Shown here piece by piece: positions 61,287 to 64,000 of a DNA stretch of 64,000 nucleotides; the first letter of the stretch is position 1, and the number at the start of each line of letters is the position of its first letter. The notes under the pieces were generated by a model. That model saw nothing but the letters and a program-made list of their open reading frames with translations, was not told the DNA's origin and did no database searches. The stretch covers positions 372,001 to 436,000 of the forward strand of contig LSRY02000045.1 of assembly GCA_001643675.2 (NCBI GenBank), written 5' to 3'. This DNA comes from Monocercomonoides exilis PA203. Its lineage: Eukaryota; Protista; Preaxostyla. Position numbers and translations under genes: made by a program.

Positions 61287-62109
61287 GAAAGAGAGAGAGA
61301 CAGAGAGAGTGAGTGAGTGAGTGAGTGAGAGTGAGAGAGAGAGACAGAGAAGGAGAAAGGGAGAGAGAGAAAGAGAAACAGAGAAATAAATTAAAATAAA
61401 AAAAAAAGAAGAGAGAAAGAAAGAAAGAAATTTAATGATTATAACGCATTTCGTTATTTCAAAAAAATTATTAAAATATTAAAGAGGAAAAAAAAAATCC
61501 CATAAAAAAAAATATAAAAAAAAAGACAATTAAATTTTCAAAAATAGCCCATTCAAACAATAACATAATAAAAATTTAATAAATAAATAAAAATAAAAAT
61601 AAAAATAAAATAAAATAAAATTTAACTAATTAATTAATTTTTATCATTGTCCAAACCTGTTGTTTAATCATCTGGTTCAAATTGATGATGGCAAAGCCTT
61701 GTAACAGCAACGTTCCTTTCACTCTCTCATAATTCTGATGATATACTGAAATATCTTCTTTATTCTGTTTATATTCTTCACCTTCTCCTTCTTCTTCCTC
61801 TTCTCCCCTTCCTCTTCTTCTTTTCTCCTCAATTTGCCCAATAGAAATCGGTTTTTCTATCATATTTTGTTGCATTTCTTCAATTTTTTGTGATTTAAAT
61901 GGATTTAATTTGGAAGAAGAAGAGAAAAACTCAATGACAACTGCACAGTCAGCCATTCGACACAACATCTGAAGAGAAATATGAGAAAAAGAGTGAAAGA
62001 AAAGAAGAAAGAAGAGAAAGACAAATCACAATGCACATATGAAAATAAATAAATAAATAAATTTGAAAATTCGCAATCTTTATGAAACAATTCCCAAAAA
62101 TATTCGATT

Positions 62110-62164
<55 letters not shown>

Positions 62165-63340
62165 CTGTTTCTTTCTTTCTCTTTCTTCTTTTCTTCTCTT
62201 CCTCTTCATCTTCATCTACATACCGGAGACAGCATCGAAGCATTTGTAAGAGTCCATCCGTGTCTGTTGTGAGTGATGGCAGAGAGAGAAGAGAGAGGGG
62301 CAGGCGGAGGGAGAGGGTGGAGAACACACAGAAGATCAGAGAGAAGAAGAGGGGAGAAGAAGAGAGAGGGGGAGGGAGAGGAAGAAGGAGAAGGAAAAGA
62401 AGAGGAAGAAGAAGAGGAAGAGGAAGAAGAGGAGGAAGAGGAAGAAGAAGAAAATGATGATGTTGATTGAAATGAACAAGGCGAATAAAGAGGAAGCCAA
62501 ATGAATGAAGAATTAATGTTTGAAATGGTTTTGATGTTGTTTTCTTCTTCTTCTTCTTTCTCTTCCGTTTTCTTTGGTTTTCTAAAGCCAAACAAAACAT
62601 TTTCATCATCATCATCTTCTTCTTCTTCTTCCTCCTCCTCCTCCTCTCTTTCTTCTCTTTCTTCTTCTCTTTCTCTTTCTCTCTCTTTCTCGATTTCTTT
62701 TCTTATTCTTTCTCCTTCTTCTTCCTCTCCCCCTCCTTCACAGATACTTCCTCTTGGTGTTTTCAATGGGTCTATATGAACAACAACTTTATCTTCTTCT
62801 TCTCTTCTTTCTCTTCCTTCTCTTCCTCCTCCTTCTTTTCCTCTTCTTTTTCCTTTTCTTCCTCCTTTTCCAACTTCTATTTCTTCTAACATATTCTTCT
62901 TCTTCTTCTTCTTTCCTTCTCTTTCTCTTTCTCTTTCCTTCTCCTTCCTCTTCTTCTCTTTCTCCTTCTCCTCCCTTTCTCCTCTTTCTCTCTCCCCCCA
63001 TTCTCTCCACCCTCTCCTCACCACCCCCACCCCTGTCTGATGCAGAACCTCCACACATTTCACCCCAATCGACTCCGAATCAAATCCAACCATGTTTTCC
63101 TTCCCCTTCCCGATTATCCTTCTTGTGACAGCAGCGTCCAAAGAAAGAAGAAGAGCACGGGAATGGTAGGCAAGATGGTTGGGCACCACACGGATGGAGA
63201 GGAGGTGCGGGAGGAAGGAGGAGAAGGAGGAGGAAGAAGAAGAGGAAGAGGAAGAAGATGAGGAAGAGGGAGAGGAGAAAGAGAAAGAAGGGCGACGAGA
63301 AGAAGAGGAGGAGGAGGAAGAAGAAGAGGAAGAAGAAGAA

Positions 63341-63374
<34 letters not shown>

Positions 63375-63573
63375 GTGTGTATGTGGAGGAGAGGGAAGAA
63401 GAATAAGTTGGATGTGGGTCAGAGAAAGAAGGGCGACGAGAAGAAGGAGAAGAAGAGGAGGATGAAGAGGAAGAAGAGGAAGAAGACAAAGGATTTATTG
63501 AAAGATCATTAGCTTTCATAATGTCTTCGTCTTCGTCTTCTTCTGAATCAAGATCTTCTTCTGAGGAAGACAT

Positions 63574-63606
<33 letters not shown>

Positions 63607-63961
63607 TTCCTCTTCTTCCTCTTCTTCTTCCTCTTCACTTTCTTCTTTCTCTTTTTCTTTTCTCCTTCTCTTTTCTCCTCCTCCTCCTTCTTCTTTTATT
63701 TTTTCTTTCATTTTTTCTTTCTCTTTCTCTTTCTCTTTCTCTTTCTCTTTCTCTTTCTCTTTCTCATTTCCCTCTTTCTCCTTCTTCTTCATCTGCAACA
63801 TCAACTCCATCAAAATCTTCTTCTTCAAAATTCTTTCTGTTTCTTTTTCCATTTTCTTTTCTTCTCTTCTTCTTTCTCTTTCTCTTTCTTCTTCATTTCT
63901 TCCTCCTCCTTCTCCTTCTTCCTTCTCTTCTTCTCTTTCTTCCTCTTCTCCTTCTCCCTCT

Positions 63962-63993
<32 letters not shown>

Positions 63994-64000
63994 CACTTCA
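57579..64000 (-). CDS. Large low-complexity (Glu/Lys/Arg coiled-coil, poly-Ser) protein, multi-exon, 5' end beyond window
   Basis: Co-oriented ORFs 62212-63996, 61630-61968, 60040-60870, 57579-59882 separated by intron-like AT-rich/microsatellite gaps; heptad-like coiled-coil segment. Joining them into one gene is inferred. Confidence 0.6.
59967..60018 (+). repeat. (CT)n microsatellite (intronic)
   Basis: Direct reading. Confidence 0.9.
60913..61385 (+). repeat. Compound (GA)n/(GAGT)n/(GAAA)n microsatellite (intronic)
   Basis: ~265-nt nearly perfect (GAGT)n core at ~60987-61251. Confidence 0.95.

Overview
AT-rich eukaryotic (intron-containing) genomic DNA. The gene families, short GT-AG introns and poly-Ser/Glu low-complexity proteins resemble the oxymonad Monocercomonoides; this is an inference and was not searched. 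The first 48 kb is an accessory region dominated by a family of large Cys-rich right-handed beta-helix (Pmp-like GG[AG][ILM] repeat) surface proteins/receptor pseudokinases. It holds one intact signal-peptide gene running off the left edge (copy A, 4583 to <1), two large decayed members, and two truncated but still open-frame paralogs of A (copies B and C) in inverted orientation. Comparing A, B and C shows a conserved framework with short Tyr-rich hypervariable patches, a length-variable loop, patchwork (mosaic) relatedness including a 203-bp perfectly identical tract, and sense-strand cytosine loss around the 5' ends (505 nt with no G on the + strand upstream of A). Together these make the best candidate for an undescribed cassette/gene-conversion receptor or antigen diversification system. 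The window also has a pogo-like DNA transposon and a partner foldback element, and two hAT elements with exact 8-bp TSDs that carry captured host-gene fragments (DEAD-box helicase, receptor-kinase tail). Several MITE families are present, including TGGG...CCCA elements with variable 2-bp TSDs. At the right end are ordinary genes: an intron-rich flavodoxin, a TMEM222/RTE1-like gene, a metallothionein-like gene with an intron apparently splitting its ATG, and a large low-complexity coiled-coil gene.
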